This document shows, one piece after another, positions 20,836 through 31,257 of a stretch of DNA of 64,000 nucleotides. Every line of letters starts with the position of its first letter. Position 1 is the stretch's first letter. The notes under the pieces are model-generated. The model was not told the DNA's origin. It searched no databases and saw nothing but the letters and a program-made list of their open reading frames with translations. The stretch is from an uncultured Planctomycetota bacterium (lineage in GTDB: Bacteria > Planctomycetota > Phycisphaerae > Tepidisphaerales > Tepidisphaeraceae): contig CAWJEN010000005.1 of assembly GCA_963841915.1 (NCBI GenBank), forward strand, positions 704,001-768,000, read 5' to 3'. Both the position numbers and the translations under genes were made by a program.

Positions 20836-20950
20836 ACGCAAAAGCTCGAAGTCGCAAAGACTGACGCAAAGACGCGATGAGACGTTGGCTTCTGCCTCTG
20901 GGCTTTCGTTTTGCCTTTGCGTCCGTCTTTGCGACTTTGCGTCTTTGCGT
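20836..20950. repeat. Inverted repeat built from (A/T)CGCAAAG units between convergent genes
   Basis: 20836-20871 pairs with 20915-20950 at 31/36 by my alignment. Confidence 0.85.
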
Positions 20951-20967
20951 TCTCCGGCACCTGTTGA

Positions 20968-22710
20968 TCAGGCGGTCTGTTTCGTTCGTTTCAGGTCCAG
21001 CCACAGGTAGCCCGACGCGATCAGCCAGATGACACCGACGCCGGCGAGCTGCGTCCACTGGTGGAGCACCACGAGCATCGGCAGCAGGAACATCGTTACC
21101 TGCCAGACCAACGCCACCGCCAACCGCAGCACGTCGGCCCTGGCTTCACGCCGATCGCCTGCGCTTTGCCAATCCCGCGGCCACAAGCCCCAGGGCTTGA
21201 TCTGATCGTAAAACGATCGCAGTGTCTCGGCAGGCACGGGCGACGTTGCCAGTGTCACCGCAACGCTGGTCGCACCGCTGACCAGCAGCAGCACCGCGAT
21301 CTCGCTGACGTCTTTGACGGATGGGTCGACGACCAGCCAGCCGTTGAGGTTGTTGAGCCAGATCAGCAGCGACGTGACGAACCCGCCCGCCACGCCGGCG
21401 GCGAAGCCGTAGCCGTTGAACCGCGACCAGAACCACCGCAACGCGAACGGCACGAGGAAGCCCGGGAAGAACGCGACGACGATACCGATCCAGATGTCGA
21501 CCACGCCCGTCCCTCGGGCCAGGAGCGACAACGTGATGGCAAGCCCGATCATGACAATCAACGCGCTGGCGGCGTAGCCGACGTAGACCTCCGTTTTGCC
21601 GCCCGTCCGCCCGGTCAGCGGGTTCCACAGGTCCTTGACCACATAGCTCGCCCCGGCATTGATGGTCGAGTCGAAGGTGCTCATGCTCGCCGCCAGCAAC
21701 GCTGCAACAGCCAGGCCGCGGATACCGGCAGGAAAGAGATCGTCGCTGAGCAAGAGGCCGCTCAGGATGTTCTCGGGGTCGTCCTGGCCGATGCCGTTGT
21801 GGATAGCCAGGACCGCAAAGCCGATGACCATCGGCCAGCGAAAGGTAAAGAGCACGGCCCACAACATCGAGAGCTTCACAGTGTCTTGATCGCTCGACGC
21901 CGCGTAGTAGCGTTGGGCCATGTACGCGCTACCGCCCGACCCGCCGAGGCCTTCGAGCACCCCTTTGGCGGCAAAGAAGAGCAGCGCCAGCCAGAACAAA
22001 CTGCCCCAGTCGCTTCCCTCCAAACTTAGTTGCGGCCAGGCGGTGTTCGTCGCCGCACCGGGCCACATGTCGGGCGTGATCTCGGGCACCACGTTGAAGG
22101 CGGCGACGCTGACGTAAATGGCCGCCACGCCGATGAGAAACGCCTGGAACACGTCGGTCCAGATGACGCCGTACAGGCCGCTCGCCATCGTGTAGGCCAG
22201 AGCGATGAACGCGAGCACGACGGCCGCCGTTGTCGGTGAGACATCTTCGACGAACTGCGTGGTGAACCTGGCCGCGGCCGTCAGGAAGAAGGTGACCATG
22301 AGCATCGTGATCACGAGATACGTCGCTGCCGCGGTGTAGCGGGCGAGTCGTCCCGGCCGCCCGCTGCCGAAGCGAAGCTCCATCCACTGGGCCGTCGTCG
22401 TGACCAGGCTTCGGCGGTGCCACTTGCCCATGAAGGCGAGCCACACCGCGATCGGCAGCACAACGCCGCCGCGCATTTCGATGAAAAAGCCCTGCAGTCC
22501 GTAGCTGTAGATGAGCGCGATAATGGTCATCGTCCCGGCGACGTCGAGGTTGCTCGACATGCCGCTTGCTCCCAGCGCCCACCAGGGCGTCTTGCGCCCG
22601 GCAAGGAAGTAGTCATCGCCACTGCGACCGGCCCGCCGGGCCAGCATGGCGCCGATAATGACTAGAGCCAACAAGTAGCCAGCAATGACAAAGTAATCGA
22701 GCGGCTGCAT
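20968..22710 (-). CDS. Sodium:solute symporter family protein
   Basis: DYFLAGRKTPWW, GLYGVIWTDVFQ, AYMAQRYYAA, LLAASMSTFDS. Confidence 0.92.
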   Translation of the reverse strand: MQPLDYFVIAGYLLALVIIGAMLARRAGRSGDDYFLAGRKTPWWALGASGMSSNLDVAGTMTIIALIYSYGLQGFFIEMRGGVVLPIAVWLAFMGKWHRRSLVTTTAQWMELRFGSGRPGRLARYTAAATYLVITMLMVTFFLTAAARFTTQFVEDVSPTTAAVVLAFIALAYTMASGLYGVIWTDVFQAFLIGVAAIYVSVAAFNVVPEITPDMWPGAATNTAWPQLSLEGSDWGSLFWLALLFFAAKGVLEGLGGSGGSAYMAQRYYAASSDQDTVKLSMLWAVLFTFRWPMVIGFAVLAIHNGIGQDDPENILSGLLLSDDLFPAGIRGLAVAALLAASMSTFDSTINAGASYVVKDLWNPLTGRTGGKTEVYVGYAASALIVMIGLAITLSLLARGTGVVDIWIGIVVAFFPGFLVPFALRWFWSRFNGYGFAAGVAGGFVTSLLIWLNNLNGWLVVDPSVKDVSEIAVLLLVSGATSVAVTLATSPVPAETLRSFYDQIKPWGLWPRDWQSAGDRREARADVLRLAVALVWQVTMFLLPMLVVLHQWTQLAGVGVIWLIASGYLWLDLKRTKQTA

Positions 22711-22841
22711 GAGGCGGGACACCCTAACGCAAATTGCCGGTGGCTGCAGGAAAAGCCGCTTGTGCGGGTCAGGCGGCGGGTTCCATACACGCATGCGAGT
22801 CCGAGCTAAAGGCGCATGTCATATGGATCGATGTCGTGCAA

Positions 22842-25780
22842 GTGTCACGTCGCTCCACTTTGTTGATCACACTCCTGATCGTGGCGGCCCTGGTGCCCTT
22901 GGCCTCGGCCAGTCTGTGGACTCGCGCCGTTGAGACCTCTGCCTTGTCAGGAAACTGGTGCGGCCCGGCCGGCTCGACAGCCCCGTTGGCCATGGGCGTA
23001 CCTTCGGGTTCTAGTGGTGGCGCAGGTGGCGGCTTGTCGTTCTTCACGAACGACGGCAACTACATGTCGCGCATCCACTGCCTCAGCACCGAGGCCGGTA
23101 CGCCCGACTGGCCGTGGATCATCGGGTTGATCGCCCTCAATCTCATCATCATCACGGGCTACCTGAAGATCTTCTTCTTCTGGAGGCGGTCGTACCTCGC
23201 CGAAGCGCCGGCCGACCGCAACGGCAAGATGATGGATTTGGCCTACATCTTCCTGTGGTGCGCCGTCTGCGGCTACGGCATGGCGACGGTGATCTTCTTC
23301 TGGCCCGCCTACCGCTTGCTGGCAATCTTCCTGGCGGTGCTGGCGTTCTTCACGTGGCGGTTCGTGCTCAATCTCGGTGAGCTCGGCGTCTCGCTCGCTG
23401 CCGTCCGGCTCAAGCGACTCTCGCTCGTCGCAGACAAGACCAACAACGCAGTCATTATCACCGACCCGCAAGGCAGGATCGACTGGGTCAACGCTGCCTT
23501 GTGCCGGCAGTCGGGCTACTCGAGCCAGGAGCTGGTCGGACAGTTTCCGACCGACATCTTCAGCGGCCCGGCGTCGGACCACGAGCTTTATGCCAAGATC
23601 CACCGCCACATCGAAAAGGGCGAACGCTTCATCTGCGAGCTGCTGACATACAATAAAGACCGCTCGTCCCGCTGGATTCATATTGAGGCCGAACCGCTGC
23701 ACAGCGACGAAGGCAAGCTGACCGGCTACGTCTCGGTCGAGACCGACATCACGATTCAGAAGACGGCGCAGTTCGAGATGATGCAGGCCAAGGAGCGGGC
23801 CGAAGCCGCCCAGACGCTTGCAGAGCAGGCACAACAAGACGCCGAAGCGGCCATGGAAGAAGCCGAGGCCGCCAGTCGCGCTAAGAGCGACTTCCTGGCG
23901 TCAATGAGCCACGAACTCCGCACGCCGCTCAACGGCGTCATCGGGATGACCGAGCTGCTCCGCAATACCGAGCTCAACGCCCGGCAGGCCCGCTTCGTCG
24001 ACGCCTGCCACGCCAGCGGTCGGTCGTTGTTGGCGCTCATCAACGACGTGCTGGACCTGTCGAAGATCGAGGCCGGTAAACTCGAGCTCGATCCTCGCCC
24101 GTTCCCGCTCCGCCAATGCGTCGACGACACCGTCGCCATGCTCGCCGGCCGTGCACACGAGTCCGGGCTCGAGCTTGTCTACCAGTTCGACGATAACCTC
24201 GGCCGCAAGACCGTGGTCGCCGACGACACGCGGTTGCGGCAGGTGCTCGTCAACCTCGTCGGCAACGCGGTCAAATTCACCGACAACGGACACGTCCGGC
24301 TGGCCGTTTCGGCCGGTGCGGGTGACGCGGTCCGATTCGACATCACCGACACCGGTCCCGGCATCTCTGACGAAGGCGTCGCTCGACTCTTCAAGGCCTT
24401 CAGTCAGGCCGACTGCTCCACCACGCGCAACTACGGCGGCACGGGCCTTGGCCTGTCGATCTGCAAGAGCATCGTCGAAGCCATGGGCGGCAGCATCGGC
24501 GTCGAGAGCCAGCTCGGTGACGGCTCGACCTTCTGGTTCGAAATCCCGCTGCCTCCCAGCGACGACGCCACCCCGGCAGACGTCATTCCGCCCTCGATGA
24601 TTCGTGGCATGCGGGCGTGGCTCATCGGAGACAACTTTGCAGAGCGGAACGTTCTGCAAAACATGCTCGAGGCGTGGGAGATCGAGGTGACCGTCAGCGA
24701 CGTTCGCCACGCGACGCAGGCTGCCGACGACGAGGCGTTCGATCTGCTCATCATCGACGTGCCCGTCGCCGCCCCCGAGTCGGCAAACCGGCTGGCCAAT
24801 GCCGCCGACAAATTCGCCGACAAGTCGCTCTTGCTCCTGCCGGTCGGCGGCGCTGGGACGACTTCCCGGACACGCCCGACCGTCGCAGCATTCGCAAGCC
24901 CCCGAGCCCGTCGGAACTGCTCAACGCGATCAGCGACCTTGTCTGTGGCACGAACATCACCGCCGCCATCGACCATGTCGCCGCGGCAGGTCCGGCCATC
25001 ATCGGTCGTGTTCTCCTGGCAGAGGACCACCCGACGAACCAGATGTACGCCGGTGAGTTGCTCAAGCGGATGGGCCTTGAGGTGACATTCGCCGAGAACG
25101 GTCGCATTGCCGTTGACGCGGTCATCGAAGCCGACGCCGCCGGGACGCCGTTCGACCTGGTGCTGATGGACTGCCAGATGCCCGAGCTCGACGGCTTCGA
25201 CGCGACGCGTCAGATCCGCAGGAACGGCTTCACCGGCCCGATCGTCGCCCTCACCGCCAATGCGATCAAGGGTGACCGCGAGCGTTGTCTCGACGCCGGC
25301 ATGGACGACTACATCACCAAGCCGGTCGAGCCGTCGGAGCTGAGCCGCATCGTGGCTCAGACGGTGAAGCAGGTCGACGCGACCGACGCCGCCGACGAGC
25401 CGCAGGTGACCGCAAAGCCGGTAAGCGTTGATCCGCTGAACCTTGTCGAAACGCTGGAGCGTTGCCTGAACGACGCCGGCTTCCTGGCACAGGCGCTTGC
25501 GAACTTCGTGACGCAGACACCCAAGTACGTTGCTGCCGTCGTGGCCGCGGCCGAGGCCGGTGACGGCGAAGCGACCGGCAATGCAGCCCACTCGATCAAG
25601 GGCTCAGCCGGCATCGTCTCCGCCGCTGATCTGCTGGCGACGGCGACCGAGATCGAGGTGCTGTGTCGCACGGACCGTTTCGCCGAGACGGGTGATCTCA
25701 TCGAGCAGCTGAAGGTCAAAGCCGACGAGGCCGTCACATTCGCCGCCGAGGCCAATGCGAGTCAGGTCACTGCGGCATGA
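22842..25780 (+). CDS. Hybrid sensor histidine kinase (ETR1-like TM sensor, PAS, HisKA, HATPase, degenerate REC, REC, Hpt); frameshift near 24855
   Basis: KSDFLASMSHELRTPLNG, LVNLVGNAVKF, DTGPGI, GGTGLGL in the first frame; LLAEDHPTNQ, LMDCQMPELDG, ALTANA, AHSIKG in the next frame; start codon uncertain. Confidence 0.85.
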
Positions 25781-25812
25781 GGTCGGACTGCGACAGCGCC
25801 GAGCGACAACGT

Positions 25813-25857
25813 GCGGGTTCTCAAAACAGGCGGGTTCTCAGATCAAGCGGGTGACTC
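25813..25857 (+). promoter_or_regulatory. Three direct repeats with 17-bp period upstream of the PEP-CTERM gene
   Basis: GCGGGTTCTCA at 25813 and 25830; GCGGGTGACTC at 25847. Confidence 0.45.
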
Positions 25858-25892
25858 TACGGTGTTGCTCTACCTGTTCGGGAGCTCACCAC

Positions 25893-27458
25893 ATGCACAA
25901 CTCCATCGCCGCCGTTGCTGTTGCCGTTGCCGCTTGCAGTGTTCCTGCCTCTGCCCAGCTGGGCAGTGAGGTGGTCGCCGGTGGATTTGCCCAGCCGCTG
26001 TTCATCGCCTCGACCCCGACCGACGCGTCGGTGCTGTACGTCGTCGAAAAGGGCGGCCGCATCAAGACCGTCGATGCCGCCACCGGCCAATCGCTCGGCA
26101 CGTTCCTCGACATCAGCGGCTCGGTCAGCACCAACAGCGAACGCGGCCTACTGGGTCTTGCCTTCGCGCCCGACTACGACACGAGCGGCGACTTCTACGT
26201 CAGCTACACCAACAACGGCGGCACGAGTGTCGTCGCCCGCCACCAGCGATCTGCTGCCAACCCGCTCGTCGCCAACACAACGAGCCAGGTCGTTCTGCAG
26301 GTCGCGCAACCGCAGGCCAATCACAACGGTGGTTGGATCGGCTTCTCGCCCACCGACGGTCAGAACCTCTACGTCTCCATCGGTGACGGCGGCGGTGGTG
26401 ACGACAACGAGCCGGGCCACACATCCGGCATCGGGAACGGCCAGGACGCCAGCAACCGACTCGGCGCCCTGCTCCGCGTCGACGTCAGCGGCACCGATTT
26501 CAACCGCACCTTCAGCGTGCCCAGCGATAACCCCTTCGTCGGTGACGCCAGCCGCGATCCGACCATCGCCGCCTACGGCCTGCGGAACGGATTCCGCGCC
26601 AGCTTCGACCGCGACACCGGCGACTTCTACATCGGCGACGTCGGGCAGAACCGCCGCGAAGAGGTCAACCTCATGCCCGCCGGTCAGCTCGGTTACAACT
26701 TCGGCTGGCGTAACCGCGAAGGCTACATCGCCACGCCTACAGGCGGCGTCGGTGGACCAAAACCCGCCGACAACGCCGACCCCATCTTCGACTACGCCCA
26801 CTCCGAAGAGTCGGCCGGCCTCGGCACGCCCGGCACCGGTGACCGCCCCATCCTCGGCCGAAGCGTCACCGGCGGATACGTCTACCGCGGTGATGACCTG
26901 GGTCCCAACTTCCAGGGCAAGTACATCTTCGGTGACTTCGTCAGCGGACGCATCCTCGCCCTCGACCTCACCGGCACGGGCGGCCTCAACCAAATCGGCG
27001 ACTTCGACAACCTCGAAGATCTCGACCTCGATTTCCAGGACATCACCGACCTCGTCTACCCCGACTTCCCGCCGCAAGGCCTGCTGGCCAGCTTCGGTGA
27101 AGACGCCGACGGCGAGCTGTACGCAGCCACCTTCGACGGCAACATCCGACGGCTGACCTTCAACAAGCTGCCGGGCGATGCCAACTTCGACCTGACGGTG
27201 AGCATCCTCGACTTCGCGATCCTGCGGGCCAACTTCGGCCGCAGCGACGGCGTCCGCTTTCAGGACGGCGACTTCAACGACGACGGCACGATCAGCATCC
27301 TCGACTTCGCCATCTTGCGGGCCAACTTTGGTGCCGTCAGCGCGATCGAGGCGGCGACGATGGACGCGTGGTACGCCAGCGTGGTGCCGGAGCCGACCGT
27401 GGCACTGCCTGCCGTGGCCGGCCTGCTGTTGCTTCGCCGTCGTAGGCTTGCGGCATGA
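25893..27458 (+). CDS. Secreted PQQ-dependent glucose/sorbosone dehydrogenase-like beta-propeller with dockerin-like repeats and PEP-CTERM sorting signal
   Basis: Signal peptide; ERGLLGLAF, NHNGG, YGLRN, GDVGQNRREE, SVTGGYVYRG, SFGED; two GD(A/F)N...SILDFAILRANFG repeats; VPEP-TM-RRRR. Confidence 0.9.
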   Translation: MHNSIAAVAVAVAACSVPASAQLGSEVVAGGFAQPLFIASTPTDASVLYVVEKGGRIKTVDAATGQSLGTFLDISGSVSTNSERGLLGLAFAPDYDTSGDFYVSYTNNGGTSVVARHQRSAANPLVANTTSQVVLQVAQPQANHNGGWIGFSPTDGQNLYVSIGDGGGGDDNEPGHTSGIGNGQDASNRLGALLRVDVSGTDFNRTFSVPSDNPFVGDASRDPTIAAYGLRNGFRASFDRDTGDFYIGDVGQNRREEVNLMPAGQLGYNFGWRNREGYIATPTGGVGGPKPADNADPIFDYAHSEESAGLGTPGTGDRPILGRSVTGGYVYRGDDLGPNFQGKYIFGDFVSGRILALDLTGTGGLNQIGDFDNLEDLDLDFQDITDLVYPDFPPQGLLASFGEDADGELYAATFDGNIRRLTFNKLPGDANFDLTVSILDFAILRANFGRSDGVRFQDGDFNDDGTISILDFAILRANFGAVSAIEAATMDAWYASVVPEPTVALPAVAGLLLLRRRRLAA

Positions 27459-27850
27459 GCCGCCTTGTCGTCCTCGTGTTGCTCCCGCTGCTTTGCTTCG
27501 GGTGTGTCGCCGACTTTTCCAAGAGCGAGTCCGAGGGCCTGCAGCCTGGCGACCCGCTCGGCGACAGCGGCCCGGTCGTCGTCGAGGCGACCGCGACGCG
27601 GGGCCTGCCGGTCGACACGGTCGTGACGGTCCAGCTCCGCCGCGATCTGCTCGGCCTCACCGGTGCCGGCCCCGTCGGTATCAAGCCGTTCGGCCGCAAC
27701 CGTGACGACTTCGGCGTCGCAGGCAGTCTCGCCCGGCCGATCGGTGACTGGGTCGTCGTGCGGCTTGAAGACGAGACCGTCGTCTACATCCCACGCGACG
27801 CGGTGCTGGCCATTGTGGTCGAGACGAACAAGCCAGCGGCACCGCGGTAG
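27455..27850 (+). CDS. Putative lipoprotein
   Basis: Hydrophobic signal ending CFGC; ATGA overlap with the upstream stop. Confidence 0.65.
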   Translation: MSRLVVLVLLPLLCFGCVADFSKSESEGLQPGDPLGDSGPVVVEATATRGLPVDTVVTVQLRRDLLGLTGAGPVGIKPFGRNRDDFGVAGSLARPIGDWVVVRLEDETVVYIPRDAVLAIVVETNKPAAPR

Positions 27851-27859
27851 GCTCTGAAC

Positions 27860-28697
27860 GTGATCCGCCAGCTCCGCAAGCTTGCCCTGAACTTCAGCCC
27901 GTCGGCCGTCGGCGTACTGGGCGTCGGCGGGTACGCCCGCCTCCTCGCCGCCGGTGCCGTGTCACTGCCGGCCGTGCTCGGCCGCGGCAACCTTGTGCCC
28001 GTCGACCGCCGCATGGGTCACCGACCGACGAGCGTCCGCTTCGCCGGGCACCGCTTCCTCATCGACGCCCCTGCTGTCGACTCGCTGATCCGCGACGAAG
28101 GCTCGACGTCGTTCAGCATGGTGCGCGAGTTGTTCCTGCGGAACTGCTACGTCCGCCACGGCATCGCCGATGCGCTGAGTCGATGCGAAGTACCTGCTCG
28201 ATCTGGGTGCGAACCGCGGCACGTTCTCGATGCTCAATGCCGCCGTCGCCAAAGCCAACGGCGGCCGGGCGATCGCGGTCGAACTGCAGGACGATCTTGC
28301 CGACGCAATACGTCTCAACGCCACCGCCAACGGCTTTGACGACCTCATCATCGAGACCGGTTATGTCGGCAGCCCGCCGCCGAACATGACCGACCAGCCG
28401 CCGATCACGATTGAGAGTTTGCTGGAGCGTCACGACCTGCCGCGGTTCGACTTGATCAAGATGGACATCGAAGGCAGTGAGTTTGCCCTCTTCGACGACA
28501 CAGGTTGGCTCGCCCGCGTGAATGCCCTCGCCATGGAACTGCACCCCGGCTGCGGCCAGGTGCGTCCGGTCGTCGACGCGCTGCTCGAGGCCGGTTTCGA
28601 AGTCAAGCTCGCCACCGACACCTTCGAACCCATTGCCCTCGACGCCGCCGTTCAACGGGCCGACTTCGCCTGGGCGTGGAAACCGCTAGCCGGCTGA
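27860..28697 (+). CDS. FkbM family methyltransferase; frameshift near 28185-28190
   Basis: N-half VRELFLRNCY; after the shift YLLDLGANRGTFS ... FDLIKMDIEGSE ... MELH. Confidence 0.75.
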
Positions 28698-29579
28698 GTC
28701 CTTGACGACCTGGAACGTGATGACGAACTTGGAAACGAAGAAGTCTTCGACGCTTCGGCTGCGCTTGGCAAAGCAGCTCGGGAAGCGACTGATCACTTCA
28801 ATGCCGCGGTAGTCGGCCTCTTCGCTGTACTTGATCGGTGACAAGCGTGGGCGGACCTGCTCCCACAGGTCTCGATACTGCTCAAGGGACCAGTTGTTCA
28901 GGTGCCACAGATTCGGGTCGCTGACGATCGCCCGAATGTCATCCGGCTGCCACAGGTGCTGGCAGAACGGCACGCCGATCTCGAAGAAGGCGTGAAGTCC
29001 CAGCGGCGCATCATAAATGGGAGCGAAAGAGATGTAGATGCGACCGCCCGGCCGAACGACCCGCCAGGCCTCATCGAGCAAAGCCCGGGGCGTGTGGACG
29101 TGCTCCAGCGAGTTGAGCGAGTAGGCCGCGTCGAACGTGTTGTCGTCGAACGGCATCGTGCAGGCGTCCCCTTGAAAACCTCGCACGCCGGCTTGCGTCG
29201 CCCCGGCAAGCGGCGCGTCGAGCAGGTCGATCGTCGTCACCTCGCGCAAAGCGTCGAGCTCCTTGAGCCCCCAGCCGACCGCTGCGGGGCCGTCTCCAAT
29301 TCCGAGGATGGCGTTGCAGTGCCCCAACGCCGCCGCGACTTCACGAGCCCGCTCGATGTCCGGCTTCTGCTCGACGTCCTGCGTGAATACGGCCGGGTCA
29401 CCGAGCGGCGGGTACTCCGCCATCAGTGGTTTCATCATCTCAGGAGTGAGCCAGCGCGGCTCATCACCCGCTCGCTCCAAGGCGGTGGCCGCGTGCCGGA
29501 TCCGACGGGCATTGCTCCACCGCTTGACACTGCTACGCACCGCAGGCGGTAACGCCTTCTTAAATTGCTTCACCACCAT
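28686..29579 (-). CDS. Class I SAM-dependent methyltransferase (Methyltransf_11-like)
   Basis: GDACTMPFDDNTFDAAYSLNSLEHV, EAWRVVRPGG. Confidence 0.85.
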   Translation of the reverse strand: MVVKQFKKALPPAVRSSVKRWSNARRIRHAATALERAGDEPRWLTPEMMKPLMAEYPPLGDPAVFTQDVEQKPDIERAREVAAALGHCNAILGIGDGPAAVGWGLKELDALREVTTIDLLDAPLAGATQAGVRGFQGDACTMPFDDNTFDAAYSLNSLEHVHTPRALLDEAWRVVRPGGRIYISFAPIYDAPLGLHAFFEIGVPFCQHLWQPDDIRAIVSDPNLWHLNNWSLEQYRDLWEQVRPRLSPIKYSEEADYRGIEVISRFPSCFAKRSRSVEDFFVSKFVITFQVVKDSAG

Positions 29580-29706
29580 ACGTGTCAGACTACATCATCA
29601 GTACTTCTTCGGAAAGCCGGAGCATGACAAATCTCCACCCGGCATGGTTGACACGCGTTAGCACTTCGTTCGCATTCGGCCAGTCAGGTCGCTACCTTGC
29701 CGCCGC

Positions 29707-31218
29707 GTGGCATTAGCTCGGGTCAAAACGTTTGTTCTCAAAGGCATCGAAGCCGTCGAGTGTGATGCCGAAGTCGACGCGACCGGCCGCGGGGAGCATG
29801 TGACGACGCTCGTCGGTCTCGCCCAGGCGGCGACGCGGGAAAGTGTCGAGCGGACGCGGCGGGCCATTCAGAACAGCGGCCACCCGACGCCGATCGGACG
29901 CGTACTCATCAACCTCGCACCGGCCGACCTGAAGAAGGAGGCGGCCGCCCTCGACCTGGCCATCAGCGTCGGCCTGCTCAAGTGCGTCGGCTCGATCGAC
30001 GGCGACAAGCACCGCCGTTACCTCATCGCAGGCGAACTCGCCCTCGACGGCCGCGTCAAATCGATCCGCGGCTGCCTGAGCATGGCCATGCTCGCCAGAC
30101 AACTCGGCATGACCGGCGTCATCGTCCCGGCCGACAACGCACGCGAAGCCGCCGTCGTCGACGACGTCGCGGTCATTCCCGTCGGCACGCTGAGCCAGGT
30201 CGTCGCGTTCCTGAACGACGACGACGAAGCCGTCGAGCCGTACGTGCTGGCCGACGGCGACGAGTATGCCGAGAGCGACGTGCCGGACGACAGCGACTTT
30301 GCCGACGTGCGAGGTCAGGAGGCGGTGAAGCGTGCGGTGATGGTCGCCGCGGCCGGGAGGCACAACCTCGCCATGATCGGGCCACCAGGCACGGGCAAGA
30401 CGATGCTCGCGCGTCGCATGGGCCAGATCCTGCCGCCTTTGAGTCGGCAGGAAGCGCTGGAGACGACGCAGATCTACAGCGCCCTCGGCAAGCTGCCGCC
30501 GAACGTGAGCCTGCTCGATCGCAGGCCGTTCCGCACGCCGCACCACTCGGCGACCGCCCAGGCCCTCGTCGGCGGTGGCAGCGTGCCGCGTCCGGGCGAG
30601 TGCTCCATGGCCCACCACGGCATCCTGTTTCTCGACGAACTTCCTGAGTTCGGCCGAAACGTTCTGGACATGCTGCGCGAACCGCTCGAAGGCGGCGAGA
30701 TCACCGTCAGCCGTGTCCACAGCACCGTCCGCTTTCCGGCAGACTTCATGCTGGTGGCGGCCATGAACCCGACGCACCGCGGCGACGACGGCCCAGAAGG
30801 TAAGGAAAACAAATACCTCGCCCGCCTCAGCGGCCCACTGCTCGACCGCATCGATCTGCACGTCGAGGTGCCCAAGGTCGGGTACGACGAATTGAGCCGT
30901 AAGGCCGACGGCACCAACTCGGCCGACATGCGCAAGACCGTCCTGCAGGCCCGGCGACGACAGCTCGCCCGGTTCGGCGACGCGTCGATGACCAACGCCC
31001 GCATGAAGGGCAAACAGCTCAACGAACACGCGTCGCTGGCCGGCGGTGCTTTGCTGATTCTCAAGCAGGCGATGGAAGAGCTGGGCTTGTCGGCCCGGGC
31101 ATACGACAAGGTCCGCCGCGTCGCCCGCACGATCGCCGACGTGGACGATGTCGATGAGATCAGCGAGATGCACGTCGCCGAGGCGGTCGGATATCGGTTG
31201 CTGGATCGCAAGCTTTGA
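29707..31218 (+). CDS. comM: YifB/ComM Mg-chelatase-like AAA+ ATPase
   Basis: INLAPADLKK, GELALDG, GPPGTGKTM, PHHSAT, LFLDELPEF, SGPLLDRID, LSARAYDK. Confidence 0.95.
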   Translation: MALARVKTFVLKGIEAVECDAEVDATGRGEHVTTLVGLAQAATRESVERTRRAIQNSGHPTPIGRVLINLAPADLKKEAAALDLAISVGLLKCVGSIDGDKHRRYLIAGELALDGRVKSIRGCLSMAMLARQLGMTGVIVPADNAREAAVVDDVAVIPVGTLSQVVAFLNDDDEAVEPYVLADGDEYAESDVPDDSDFADVRGQEAVKRAVMVAAAGRHNLAMIGPPGTGKTMLARRMGQILPPLSRQEALETTQIYSALGKLPPNVSLLDRRPFRTPHHSATAQALVGGGSVPRPGECSMAHHGILFLDELPEFGRNVLDMLREPLEGGEITVSRVHSTVRFPADFMLVAAMNPTHRGDDGPEGKENKYLARLSGPLLDRIDLHVEVPKVGYDELSRKADGTNSADMRKTVLQARRRQLARFGDASMTNARMKGKQLNEHASLAGGALLILKQAMEELGLSARAYDKVRRVARTIADVDDVDEISEMHVAEAVGYRLLDRKL

Positions 31219-31257
31219 GCGTGCATCAATCGAGGCTCTGGCGCGTAAGGTGACGAC

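Noticed and set aside
24840..24870. Programmed frameshift generating short and long kinase forms
   Set aside because: No slippery sequence is evident, and three other similar indels point to assembly error
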